A DNA stretch of 64,000 bases from Escherichia coli (GTDB taxonomy: Bacteria > Pseudomonadota > Gammaproteobacteria > Enterobacterales > Enterobacteriaceae): the NCBI RefSeq assembly GCF_024502345.1, contig NZ_JALDNN010000001.1. One strand, given 5' to 3'. Below, piece after piece: positions 23,631 through 34,450 of this stretch; position 1 is the stretch's first letter, and every line of letters begins with the position of its first letter. Under the pieces are notes generated by a model. That model was not told the origin of the DNA. It worked only from the letters and a program-made list of their open reading frames with translations, and made no database searches. A program made the position numbers and the translations under genes.

Positions 23631-23661
23631 AGCTGCGGTTCAGAATGTTATATCCGCAGCT
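23631..23661 (-). terminator. Putative sanA-yeiS terminator hairpin
   Basis: agctgcgg...ccgcagct (8-bp arms), followed on the minus strand by AUUUGUG. Confidence 0.4.
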
Positions 23662-23712
23662 TATTGAGTGAAGTAATAATTATTCTCAATAATTAACAGA
23701 AAAGAGAAAATA

Positions 23713-25708
<1,996 letters not shown>

Positions 25709-25767
25709 GGCGTTGCCTCATAATCATGTAATGGGATAACAGTTTACGAACCCGTTATGGCTTTATA

Positions 25768-25783
25768 TGTGATCTGAATCTCA
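25768..25783. promoter_or_regulatory. CRP-like site in the cdd promoter region
   Basis: TGTGA-tctgaa-TCTCA (9/10), about 60-75 bp upstream of the cdd ATG. cdd is a known CRP/CytR-controlled gene. Confidence 0.5.
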
Positions 25784-25837
25784 TTAATTATGCAACACGT
25801 GAAACTTACATCAAAAATGCGCGACGTATCGCAAATT

Positions 25838-26964
<1,127 letters not shown>

Positions 26965-27069
26965 TTAATTCGTAAAACGTGCTACCGATCACATTAAGAA
27001 ATCAGCGCTTATTTTTTCGCTCCCCGGCATTACGCAATGCGCAACGAACTCAGGCATACATCAAGCATA

Positions 27070-27099
27070 GAGAGGGATTGCAGTTTGCAGCAATCCCTC
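27070..27099 (+). other. 11-bp perfect hairpin in the yohJ-dusC divergent region
   Basis: agagggattgc-agtttgca-gcaatccctct followed by tttg. Confidence 0.4.
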
Positions 27100-27126
27100 T
27101 TTGTAGACCTTTAATCCGCTGACCAT

Positions 27127-27154
27127 AGGCGCTAACATAGCGCCTCATTATTTT
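27127..27154 (+). terminator. Terminator-like hairpin plus U-run 12 nt upstream of the dusC ATG
   Basis: aggcgct-aacat-agcgcct followed by cattatttt. Confidence 0.35.
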
Positions 27155-27166
27155 GCGGGTGATGAT

Positions 27167-28117
27167 ATGCGTGTGTTACTGGCACCGATGGAGGGAGTGC
27201 TTGACTCTCTGGTGCGTGAATTGCTGACCGAAGTTAACGACTACGATCTGTGCATCACCGAGTTTGTCCGCGTGGTGGATCAACTGCTGCCGGTAAAAGT
27301 CTTTCATCGCATTTGCCCTGAGCTACAAAACGCCAGCCGGACACCATCTGGTACGCTGGTGCGCGTGCAGTTGTTAGGTCAGTTCCCACAATGGCTGGCA
27401 GAGAACGCCGCCCGTGCGGTGGAGTTAGGTTCCTGGGGCGTGGATCTCAATTGCGGCTGCCCGTCGACAACGGTTAACGGTAGCGGCGGCGGGGCGACGT
27501 TACTCAAAGATCCTGAACTCATCTACCAGGGGGCAAAAGCGATGCGTGAAGCTGTACCGGCGCATTTGCCTGTCAGCGTGAAAGTGCGTCTGGGCTGGGA
27601 CAGCGGTGAGAAGAAATTTGAAATCGCCGATGCGGTTCAACAGGCTGGCGCTACGGAGCTGGTGGTGCATGGGCGGACGAAAGAGCAGGGTTACCGCGCG
27701 GAGCATATTGACTGGCAGGCGATTGGCGAGATTCGCCAGCGGCTGAATATTCCGGTGATTGCCAACGGTGAAATCTGGGACTGGCAGAGCGCGCAACAAT
27801 GCATGGCGATCAGCGGCTGCGACGCAGTGATGATTGGTCGCGGGGCGCTCAATATTCCCAACCTGAGCCGGGTGGTAAAATATAACGAACCGCGAATGCC
27901 GTGGCCGGAGGTGGTTGCTTTGCTGCAAAAATATACCCGTCTGGAAAAGCAGGGCGATACCGGGTTATATCACGTAGCGCGGATTAAACAGTGGTTGAGT
28001 TATTTGCGTAAAGAATACGATGAAGCAACAGAATTATTTCAGCATGTTCGGGTGTTGAATAATTCCCATGATATTGCAAGGGCTATTCAGGCAATTGATA
28101 TCGATAAGCTGCGATAA
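27167..28117 (+). CDS. dusC: tRNA-dihydrouridine(16) synthase
   Basis: 316-aa [36 protein letters not shown], recognised as DusC (YohI). Confidence 0.95.
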   Translation: MRVLLAPMEGVLDSLVRELLTEVNDYDLCITEFVRVVDQLLPVKVFHRICPELQNASRTPSGTLVRVQLLGQFPQWLAENAARAVELGSWGVDLNCGCPSTTVNGSGGGATLLKDPELIYQGAKAMREAVPAHLPVSVKVRLGWDSGEKKFEIADAVQQAGATELVVHGRTKEQGYRAEHIDWQAIGEIRQRLNIPVIANGEIWDWQSAQQCMAISGCDAVMIGRGALNIPNLSRVVKYNEPRMPWPEVVALLQKYTRLEKQGDTGLYHVARIKQWLSYLRKEYDEATELFQHVRVLNNSHDIARAIQAIDIDKLR

Positions 28118-28137
28118 TAGTGGAATCGCAGCTTATC
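28103..28137 (+). terminator. 12-bp hairpin spanning the dusC stop codon
   Basis: gataagctgcga-(11 nt)-tcgcagcttatc. No U-run follows. Confidence 0.4.
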
Positions 28138-28229
28138 AGAGACAATGAATCGCTTATTCAGCTTCATCATCTTGTTGCGCTCCTTTCATGAACTAAGCCA
28201 CATATTGCCACTGGCGCAAGGTGCGCGCA

Positions 28230-28425
28230 GAGGGAGGACAATCGCCTCCTCCCCCTGCACCCCCGGGCTCTGGCGAACAAAATCGCCGCTGCGCGGTACC
28301 TTCAGCTTATCCCCTTCGGCTACCGGGTCGGGCGCGAGGTAACGTCCTTGTAAGACGCGCCCTCAGCCCACATCCATGTGGGCTGCCCCGGCCTTCGGGG
28401 AACGCTTCAGCGATTTTGACGCCAC
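28230..28425. other. GC-rich multi-hairpin non-coding island (unassigned)
   Basis: Local hairpins at 28232-28250, 28330-28362 (GGGCGCG/CGCGCCC), 28366-28383 (GCCCACAT/ATGTGGGC) and 28386-28400 (CCCCG/CGGGG). They are enclosed by long-range pairing of 28272-28286 with 28410-28423 (4 + 9 bp). Flanking DNA is AT-rich. Confidence 0.4.
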
Positions 28426-28504
28426 CAACACCGGAGCTGTTTGCAAATCAAGTACAAAAAATATCTAGTTCCTGACCTGACAACTTATATGCCATATCTG
28501 ATTT

Positions 28505-28590
28505 TTAAAATATCATCTTAAATACGCCAGTCACCACCAGTAGCCCAATCAGGAAAATAATCAATACAGCCCAGAGTATAATTTTCATTG
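28505..28590 (-). pseudogene. yohP: yohP-like small membrane protein gene, apparently frameshifted
   Basis: ATG at 28590 reads MKIILWAVLI. After 2 extra nt (GATTTTATTTTCC here versus GATTATTTTCC needed) the downstream frame reads IFLIGLLVVTGVFKMIF-TAA (stop 28505-28507). Start to stop is 86 nt, not a multiple of 3. The 27-aa YohP sequence is quoted from memory. Confidence 0.45.
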
Positions 28591-28736
28591 GCGTTCCTTT
28601 ATTTGTGAGTGCTGAATAAGTATAGGAAAAAACGAAGCCCTTCGCTGTCATTTATAAGTGATTAAGATAAATCGGAGAATATCATTCACTTAGTCTATAT
28701 TTTTCTGGGTATGTCGTTTTATTGCTACTGATGTAT

Positions 28737-28745
28737 TGCCACGCG
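28737..28745. repeat. IS1 target-site duplication, left copy
   Basis: TGCCACGCG directly abuts the IS1 left end. An identical 9-mer sits at 29514-29522. Confidence 0.9.
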
Positions 28746-28800
28746 GGTGATGCTGCCAACTTACTGATTTAGTGTATGATGGTGTTTTTGAGGTGCTCCA

Positions 28801-29076
28801 GTGGCTTCTGTTTCTATCAGCTGTCCCTCCTGTTCAGCTACTGACGGGGTGGTGCGTAACGGCAAAAGCACCGCCGGACATCAGCGCTATCTCTGCTCTC
28901 ACTGCCGTAAAACATGGCAACTGCAGTTCACTTACACCGCTTCTCAACCCGGTACGCACCAGAAAATCATTGATATGGCCATGAATGGCGTTGGATGCCG
29001 GGCAACCGCCCGCATTATGGGCGTTGGCCTCAACACGATTTTCCGCCATTTAAAAAACTCAGGCCGCAGTCGGTAA
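28801..29076 (+). CDS. insA: IS1 InsA
   Basis: 91-aa [46 protein letters not shown], recognised as IS1 InsA. Confidence 0.95.
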   Translation: MASVSISCPSCSATDGVVRNGKSTAGHQRYLCSHCRKTWQLQFTYTASQPGTHQKIIDMAMNGVGCRATARIMGVGLNTIFRHLKNSGRSR

Positions 29077-29498
29077 CCTCGCGCATACAGCCGGGCAGTG
29101 ACGTCATCGTCTGCGCGGAAATGGACGAACAGTGGGGATACGTCGGGGCTAAATCGCGCCAGCGCTGGCTGTTTTACGCGTATGACAGGCTCCGGAAGAC
29201 GGTTGTTGCGCACGTATTCGGTGAACGCACTATGGCGACGCTGGGGCGTCTTATGAGCCTGCTGTCACCCTTTGACGTGGTGATATGGATGACGGATGGC
29301 TGGCCGCTGTATGAATCCCGCCTGAAGGGAAAGCTGCACGTAATCAGCAAGCGATATACGCAGCGAATTGAGCGGCATAACCTGAATCTGAGGCAGCACC
29401 TGGCACGGCTGGGACGGAAGTCGCTGTCGTTCTCAAAATCGGTGGAGCTGCATGACAAAGTCATCGGGCATTATCTGAACATAAAACACTATCAATAA
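29052..29498 (+). CDS. insB: IS1 InsB' frame (expressed as the InsAB' transposase by -1 frameshift at the A6C site)
   Basis: ORF-track frame 28995..29498 contains ...[21 protein letters not shown]...[25 protein letters not shown]. The slippery site ttaaaaaactc lies at 29050-29060. Confidence 0.9.
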   Translation, partial: KKLRPQSVTSRIQPGSDVIVCAEMDEQWGYVGAKSRQRWLFYAYDRLRKTVVAHVFGERTMATLGRLMSLLSPFDVVIWMTDGWPLYESRLKGKLHVISKRYTQRIERHNLNLRQHLARLGRKSLSFSKSVELHDKVIGHYLNIKHYQ

Positions 29499-29513
29499 GT
29501 TGGAGTCATTACC

Positions 29514-29522
29514 TGCCACGCG
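29514..29522. repeat. IS1 target-site duplication, right copy
   Basis: TGCCACGCG directly abuts the IS1 right end. Confidence 0.9.
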
Positions 29523-29588
29523 AAACTAAAAAATATATCGCAACACACGGTAATCTCCGCGCACCGTTTCTTACCTGATTATTCCCCC

Positions 29589-31025
29589 ATGAATCGTGAT
29601 TCCTTTTATCCAGCCATCGCCTGTTTTCCGCTGTTACTGATGCTGGCCGGGTGTGCGCCTATGCATGAAACCCGCCAGGCGTTAAGCCAGCAAACGCCCG
29701 CTGCACAAGTTGACACCGCATTACCCACGGCGCTGAAAAATGGTTGGCCAGACAGCCAATGGTGGCTGGAGTATCACGATAATCAGCTCACTTCATTAAT
29801 TAACAATGCACTACAGAACGCACCGGATATGCAGGTGGCTGAACAGCGCATTCAGCTAGCTGAAGCCCAGGCGAAGGCAGTTGCCACTCAGGATGGTCCG
29901 CAGATCGACTTTTCGGCGGATATGGAGCGGCAAAAAATGTCGGCAGAAGGGCTAATGGGGCCGTTTGCTCTGAACGATCCGGCCGCAGGTACGACCGGTC
30001 CGTGGTACACCAACGGAACTTTTGGCTTAACGGCGGGCTGGCATCTCGATATCTGGGGAAAGAATCGGGCGGAGGTTACTGCCCGCCTGGGTACGGTTAA
30101 AGCACGGGCGGCGGAACGCGAGCAAACCCGCCAATTGCTGGCTGGCAGCGTAGCCCGCCTGTACTGGGAGTGGCAAACCCAGGCGGCGTTAAACACGGTC
30201 TTGCAGCAAATAGAAAAAGAGCAGAACACCATTATCGCGACCGATCGCCAGCTATATCAGAACGGGATTACTTCTTCAGTTGACGGTGTGGAAACCGATA
30301 TTAATGCCAGCAAAACCCGGCAGCAGCTCAACGATGTCGCGGGGAAAATGAAAATTATTGAGGCACGGTTAAGCGCACTTACAAATCACCAGACAAAGTC
30401 ATTGAAGCTTAAACCGGTCGCGTTGCCGAAAGTGGCAAGCCAGCTTCCTGATGAACTGGGGTACTCCTTACTGGCCCGGCGGGCAGATTTGCAGGCGGCG
30501 CACTGGTACGTTGAGTCATCGCTAAGCACCATTGATGCGGCAAAAGCGGCATTTTATCCTGACATCAACCTGATGGCCTTCCTGCAACAGGATGCGTTGC
30601 ACTTAAGCGATCTGTTCCGTCATTCCGCGCAGCAAATGGGCGTTACGGCAGGCCTGACGCTACCTATTTTCGATAGTGGTCGTCTTAACGCCAATCTCGA
30701 TATCGCAAAAGCCGAAAGCAACTTGTCTATCGCCAGCTACAACAAAGCGGTGGTTGAAGCGGTGAATGACGTGGCGCGGGCAGCCAGTCAGGTTCAGACA
30801 CTTGCGGAGAAAAACCAGCATCAGGCGCAAATTGAGCGCGATGCCTTGCGTGTGGTAGGTCTTGCGCAGGCGCGCTTTAACGCGGGCATCATTGCTGGTT
30901 CCCGCGTCAGCGAAGCCAGAATCCCCGCGCTGCGTGAGCGGGCCAATGGCCTGTTATTGCAAGGGCAGTGGCTGGATGCTTCCATTCAACTCACTGGTGC
31001 GTTGGGCGGGGGTTACAAACGCTGA
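29589..31025 (+). CDS. mdtQ: Outer-membrane efflux lipoprotein (NodT/OMF family), apparently intact
   Basis: 478-aa uninterrupted ORF with a lipobox (LLLMLAGC). Synteny with the K-12 mdtQ (yohG/yohH) locus, which I remember as a pseudogene in K-12. Confidence 0.88.
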   Translation: MNRDSFYPAIACFPLLLMLAGCAPMHETRQALSQQTPAAQVDTALPTALKNGWPDSQWWLEYHDNQLTSLINNALQNAPDMQVAEQRIQLAEAQAKAVATQDGPQIDFSADMERQKMSAEGLMGPFALNDPAAGTTGPWYTNGTFGLTAGWHLDIWGKNRAEVTARLGTVKARAAEREQTRQLLAGSVARLYWEWQTQAALNTVLQQIEKEQNTIIATDRQLYQNGITSSVDGVETDINASKTRQQLNDVAGKMKIIEARLSALTNHQTKSLKLKPVALPKVASQLPDELGYSLLARRADLQAAHWYVESSLSTIDAAKAAFYPDINLMAFLQQDALHLSDLFRHSAQQMGVTAGLTLPIFDSGRLNANLDIAKAESNLSIASYNKAVVEAVNDVARAASQVQTLAEKNQHQAQIERDALRVVGLAQARFNAGIIAGSRVSEARIPALRERANGLLLQGQWLDASIQLTGALGGGYKR

Positions 31026-31077
31026 TGATATGCGCCTTCTATACTTAACGTTTATTCAGCGTTAAGTGGAGAACTCG

Positions 31078-31839
31078 ATGGCACAGGTTGCGATTATTAC
31101 CGCCTCCGATTCGGGGATCGGCAAAGAGTGCGCGTTATTACTGGCGCAGCAGGGGTTTGATATTGGTATTACCTGGCACTCAGATGAAGAAGGGGCAAAA
31201 GATACTGCGCGTGAGGTAGTTAGCCACGGCGTACGTGCGGAGATGGTGCAGCTGGATCTCGGTAAACTGCCAGAAGGTGCGCAGGCGCTGGAGAAACTCA
31301 TTCAACGGCTGGGGCGTATTGATGTGCTGGTGAATAATGCGGGCGCAATGACCAAAGCGCCGTTTCTTGATATGGCTTTCGATGAGTGGCGCAAGATTTT
31401 TACCGTTGATGTCGATGGTGCATTTTTATGCTCACAAATTGCGGCCCGCCAGATGGTGAAACAAGGGCAGGGCGGTCGCATCATCAACATTACGTCGGTA
31501 CATGAACATACGCCGCTGCCGGATGCCAGCGCCTACACAGCCGCTAAACATGCGTTCGGTGGGTTAACCAAAGCGATGGCGCTGGAGCTGGTCAGGCATA
31601 AGATTTTGGTGAACGCAGTCGCGCCTGGGGCGATCGCCACGCCAATGAATGGCATGGATGACAGCGACGTGAAGCCCGACGCGGAGCCTTCGATTCCTCT
31701 GCGGCGTTTTGGCGCAACGCATGAGATTGCCAGCCTGGTAGCGTGGCTGTGCTCAGAGGGCGCAAATTACACCACCGGGCAGTCGTTGATAGTGGATGGC
31801 GGCTTTATGTTGGCGAATCCGCAGTTCAACCCAGAATAG
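31078..31839 (+). CDS. yohF: Short-chain dehydrogenase/reductase
   Basis: ORF track 257 aa. Trimmed to MAQVAIITASDSGIGKE (253 aa) with ggaga 6 nt upstream. TGxxxGIG cofactor motif and YxxxK (YTAAK). Confidence 0.9.
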   Translation: MAQVAIITASDSGIGKECALLLAQQGFDIGITWHSDEEGAKDTAREVVSHGVRAEMVQLDLGKLPEGAQALEKLIQRLGRIDVLVNNAGAMTKAPFLDMAFDEWRKIFTVDVDGAFLCSQIAARQMVKQGQGGRIINITSVHEHTPLPDASAYTAAKHAFGGLTKAMALELVRHKILVNAVAPGAIATPMNGMDDSDVKPDAEPSIPLRRFGATHEIASLVAWLCSEGANYTTGQSLIVDGGFMLANPQFNPE

Positions 31840-31878
31840 CGCAGTGAGGTGCGTGGTTATTTCAATGGGTAAAATTTT

Positions 31879-31957
31879 GGTAGGCATGATAAGACGCACA
31901 AGCGTCGCATCAGGCATGGTGCACCGGATGTCGGATGCGGCGCGAACGCCTTACCCA
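31879..31957. repeat. REP pair (BIME-like)
   Basis: ggtaggcatgataagacgcacaagcgtcgcatcaggca, followed by ccggatgtcggatgcggcgcgaacgccttaccc. Confidence 0.7.
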
Positions 31958-31968
31958 GGGCAATGGTT

Positions 31969-32547
31969 TTACGCCTGATGATCCGGCTTTTTCTTCCCGC
32001 GCCGTTTCAGCCACCAGCGCACGCCCACCACCAGAACCACGACCAGAATCAACCAGACCCAGTGCTTCAAATGCTGGTCGAGATTGTGCAACCACGGCGC
32101 AATCACCTGACCACCAGCGTAACCAATAGTGGTAAAAATCAACGCCCAGGCAAATGCGCCGAGAATATTCAGCGGCAGAAAGATTTTCGGCGGCAGCTGG
32201 CTGGCACCAATCAGCGTCGGGCCAATCACCCGAAAGCCATACATAAAGCGCGTACCAATGACAAACAGATACGGATGGCGTTGGATAAGTTTCTGCGCCC
32301 GCTCAATTTTATCCTGATGTTTCGAGAAACGGCGTAACAGCTTGCCGCCAAACCGCCGCCCGCACAGATAAAGCACCTGGTCGCCAATCATGCCGCCAAG
32401 CGCCACAGAAAGTACCACCAGCGGGAACTTTAATAGCCCCTGATGTGCCGCAACGCCTCCCAGCAAAGTCACGGTTTCACCTTCCGCCAGGCTACCGATC
32501 ACCAGCGCGGCATAACCATATTGTGAGATGAGTGTATTGAGATCCAT
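31969..32547 (-). CDS. yohD: DedA-family inner membrane protein
   Basis: ORF track 204 aa. Trimmed to MDLNTLISQYGYAALVIGSLAEGE, giving 192 aa. Confidence 0.88.
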   Translation of the reverse strand: MDLNTLISQYGYAALVIGSLAEGETVTLLGGVAAHQGLLKFPLVVLSVALGGMIGDQVLYLCGRRFGGKLLRRFSKHQDKIERAQKLIQRHPYLFVIGTRFMYGFRVIGPTLIGASQLPPKIFLPLNILGAFAWALIFTTIGYAGGQVIAPWLHNLDQHLKHWVWLILVVVLVVGVRWWLKRRGKKKPDHQA

Positions 32548-32716
32548 AGGCCAGTCTGTCTCCCTTTGGTTGCCTGTAAGCATACACCCTGGAAATCATT
32601 CACGCTGAAAAAGGACATACATCAGACGGTGCAAATTACATGGATGAACAAAAAATAATCACAAGCTGACTTATACTTGAACTGTCAGGTTCATGAACTC
32701 ACAACAAGGGGGCGGT

Positions 32717-33304
32717 ATGAGCCATGTCTGGGGACTGTTTTCCCATCCCGATCGTGAAATGCAGGTGATTAATCGCGAAAACGAAACGATTTCTCACCAT
32801 TACACCCACCACGTTTTGCTGATGGCGGCGATTCCGGTGATTTGCGCCTTCATTGGCACTACACAGATTGGCTGGAATTTTGGCGATGGCACTATCCTGA
32901 AGTTATCCTGGTTTACCGGACTGGCGCTGGCTGTCCTGTTTTATGGCGTTATGCTGGCTGGGGTTGCGGTAATGGGGCGGGTCATCTGGTGGATGGCGCG
33001 TAATTATCCGCAGCGTCCGTCACTTGCGCACTGCATGGTCTTCGCGGGCTACGTTGCAACTCCGCTGTTTTTAAGCGGTCTGGTGGCGCTTTATCCGCTG
33101 GTCTGGTTGTGTGCGCTGGTCGGCACGGTGGCGCTGTTTTACACCGGCTACCTGCTTTACCTTGGTATTCCGAGCTTCCTGAATATCAACAAAGAGGAAG
33201 GCCTTAGCTTCTCTAGTTCGACGCTGGCGATTGGCGTGCTGGTACTGGAAGTGCTGCTCGCCCTAACCGTTATACTATGGGGCTACGGTTATCGTTTGTT
33301 CTAG
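32717..33304 (+). CDS. yohC: Yip1-family inner membrane protein
   Basis: ORF track 203 aa. Trimmed to MSHVWGLFSHPDREMQ, giving 195 aa. Confidence 0.88.
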   Translation: MSHVWGLFSHPDREMQVINRENETISHHYTHHVLLMAAIPVICAFIGTTQIGWNFGDGTILKLSWFTGLALAVLFYGVMLAGVAVMGRVIWWMARNYPQRPSLAHCMVFAGYVATPLFLSGLVALYPLVWLCALVGTVALFYTGYLLYLGIPSFLNINKEEGLSFSSSTLAIGVLVLEVLLALTVILWGYGYRLF

Positions 33305-33477
33305 AAAGTTCTTTGACGTTGCATTGCTGGCGTAAATGTCAGCAATGCAGCATTTCCTCACGATTCTCCTTTGACGATCGCACTTTTTGCTCGTTATGAT
33401 GGCGTCGCTAGCCTCAGTAAATCCTTACTCCGGCGGTGCGCAACCCGTGCGCGTGAACCACTATCTGAATGCTCATC

Positions 33478-34410
33478 ATGCCGAAATTTCGAGTTTCTTT
33501 ATTTAGCCTGGCCCTGATGCTGGCTGTGCCTTTGGCACCGCAGGCCGTTGCGAAAACGGCAGCCGCTACCACCGCTTCACAACCGGAAATTGCCTCCGGT
33601 AGCGCGATGATTGTTGATCTGAATACCAACAAAGTGATCTATTCGAACCACCCGGATCTGGTGCGTCCGATTGCGTCTATCAGCAAATTAATGACCGCGA
33701 TGGTTGTGCTGGATGCACGACTGCCGCTGGATGAAAAACTAAAAGTGGATATCAGCCAGACGCCGGAGATGAAAGGGGTCTATTCGCGCGTACGACTGAA
33801 TAGCGAAATCAGCCGTAAAGATATGCTGTTGCTGGCGCTGATGTCTTCAGAAAACCGCGCGGCGGCAAGCCTTGCGCACCATTATCCCGGTGGTTACAAA
33901 GCCTTTATTAAGGCAATGAATGCGAAAGCGAAATCGCTCGGAATGAACAACACGCGCTTTGTTGAACCTACCGGATTGTCGGTGCATAACGTTTCAACTG
34001 CCCGTGACTTAACCAAACTGCTCATTGCCAGCAAACAATATCCGTTGATCGGGCAGTTAAGTACTACCCGGGAAGATATGGCAACCTTCTCTAACCCGAC
34101 GTATACGCTGCCGTTCCGCAATACTAATCATCTGGTGTATCGCGATAACTGGAATATTCAGTTAACCAAAACCGGCTTTACCAATGCGGCGGGCCATTGT
34201 CTGGTGATGCGTACGGTTATCAATAATAAACCGGTGGCGCTGGTAGTGATGGACGCGTTTGGCAAATATACCCATTTTGCCGATGCCAGCCGCCTGCGTA
34301 CCTGGATTGAAACCGGTAAAGTGATGCCTGTGCCGGCAGCAGCGTTGAGCTATAAAAAACAAAAAGCCGCCCAAATGGCGGCGGCGGGGCAGACGGCACA
34401 GAACGATTAA
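33478..34410 (+). CDS. pbpG: D-alanyl-D-alanine endopeptidase PBP7
   Basis: ORF track 313 aa. Trimmed to [18 protein letters not shown], giving 310 aa. SxxK active site (SISK) and SEN motif. Confidence 0.94.
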   Translation: MPKFRVSLFSLALMLAVPLAPQAVAKTAAATTASQPEIASGSAMIVDLNTNKVIYSNHPDLVRPIASISKLMTAMVVLDARLPLDEKLKVDISQTPEMKGVYSRVRLNSEISRKDMLLLALMSSENRAAASLAHHYPGGYKAFIKAMNAKAKSLGMNNTRFVEPTGLSVHNVSTARDLTKLLIASKQYPLIGQLSTTREDMATFSNPTYTLPFRNTNHLVYRDNWNIQLTKTGFTNAAGHCLVMRTVINNKPVALVVMDAFGKYTHFADASRLRTWIETGKVMPVPAAALSYKKQKAAQMAAAGQTAQND

Positions 34411-34417
34411 GTGAATT

Positions 34418-34450
34418 CGGATGGCGATACTCTGCCATCCGTAATTTTTA
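34418..34450. terminator. Bidirectional terminator between convergent pbpG and dld
   Basis: cggatggc-gatactct-gccatccg followed by taattttta. The T-run overlaps the dld stop codon. Confidence 0.7.

Larger units (their letters stand above)
28746..29513 (+). mobile_element. IS1: IS1 insertion sequence (complete, 768 bp)
   Basis: Terminal inverted repeats ggtgatgctgccaacttactgat... and ...aagttggagtcattacc. Contains insA and insB' with an A6C slippery site (29052-29058). Flanked by a 9-bp direct repeat. Confidence 0.97.

Noticed and set aside
28145-28475. Two overlapping ORFs (65 and 84 aa) across the GC-rich island as protein-coding genes; also a retron msr/msd idea for the nested inverted repeats.
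   Set aside because: The ORFs are Pro/Arg/Gly/Ser-rich, lack an RBS, and overlap each other in different frames. No reverse-transcriptase ORF is adjacent, so a retron is unsupported. The region is kept only as an unassigned structured element.
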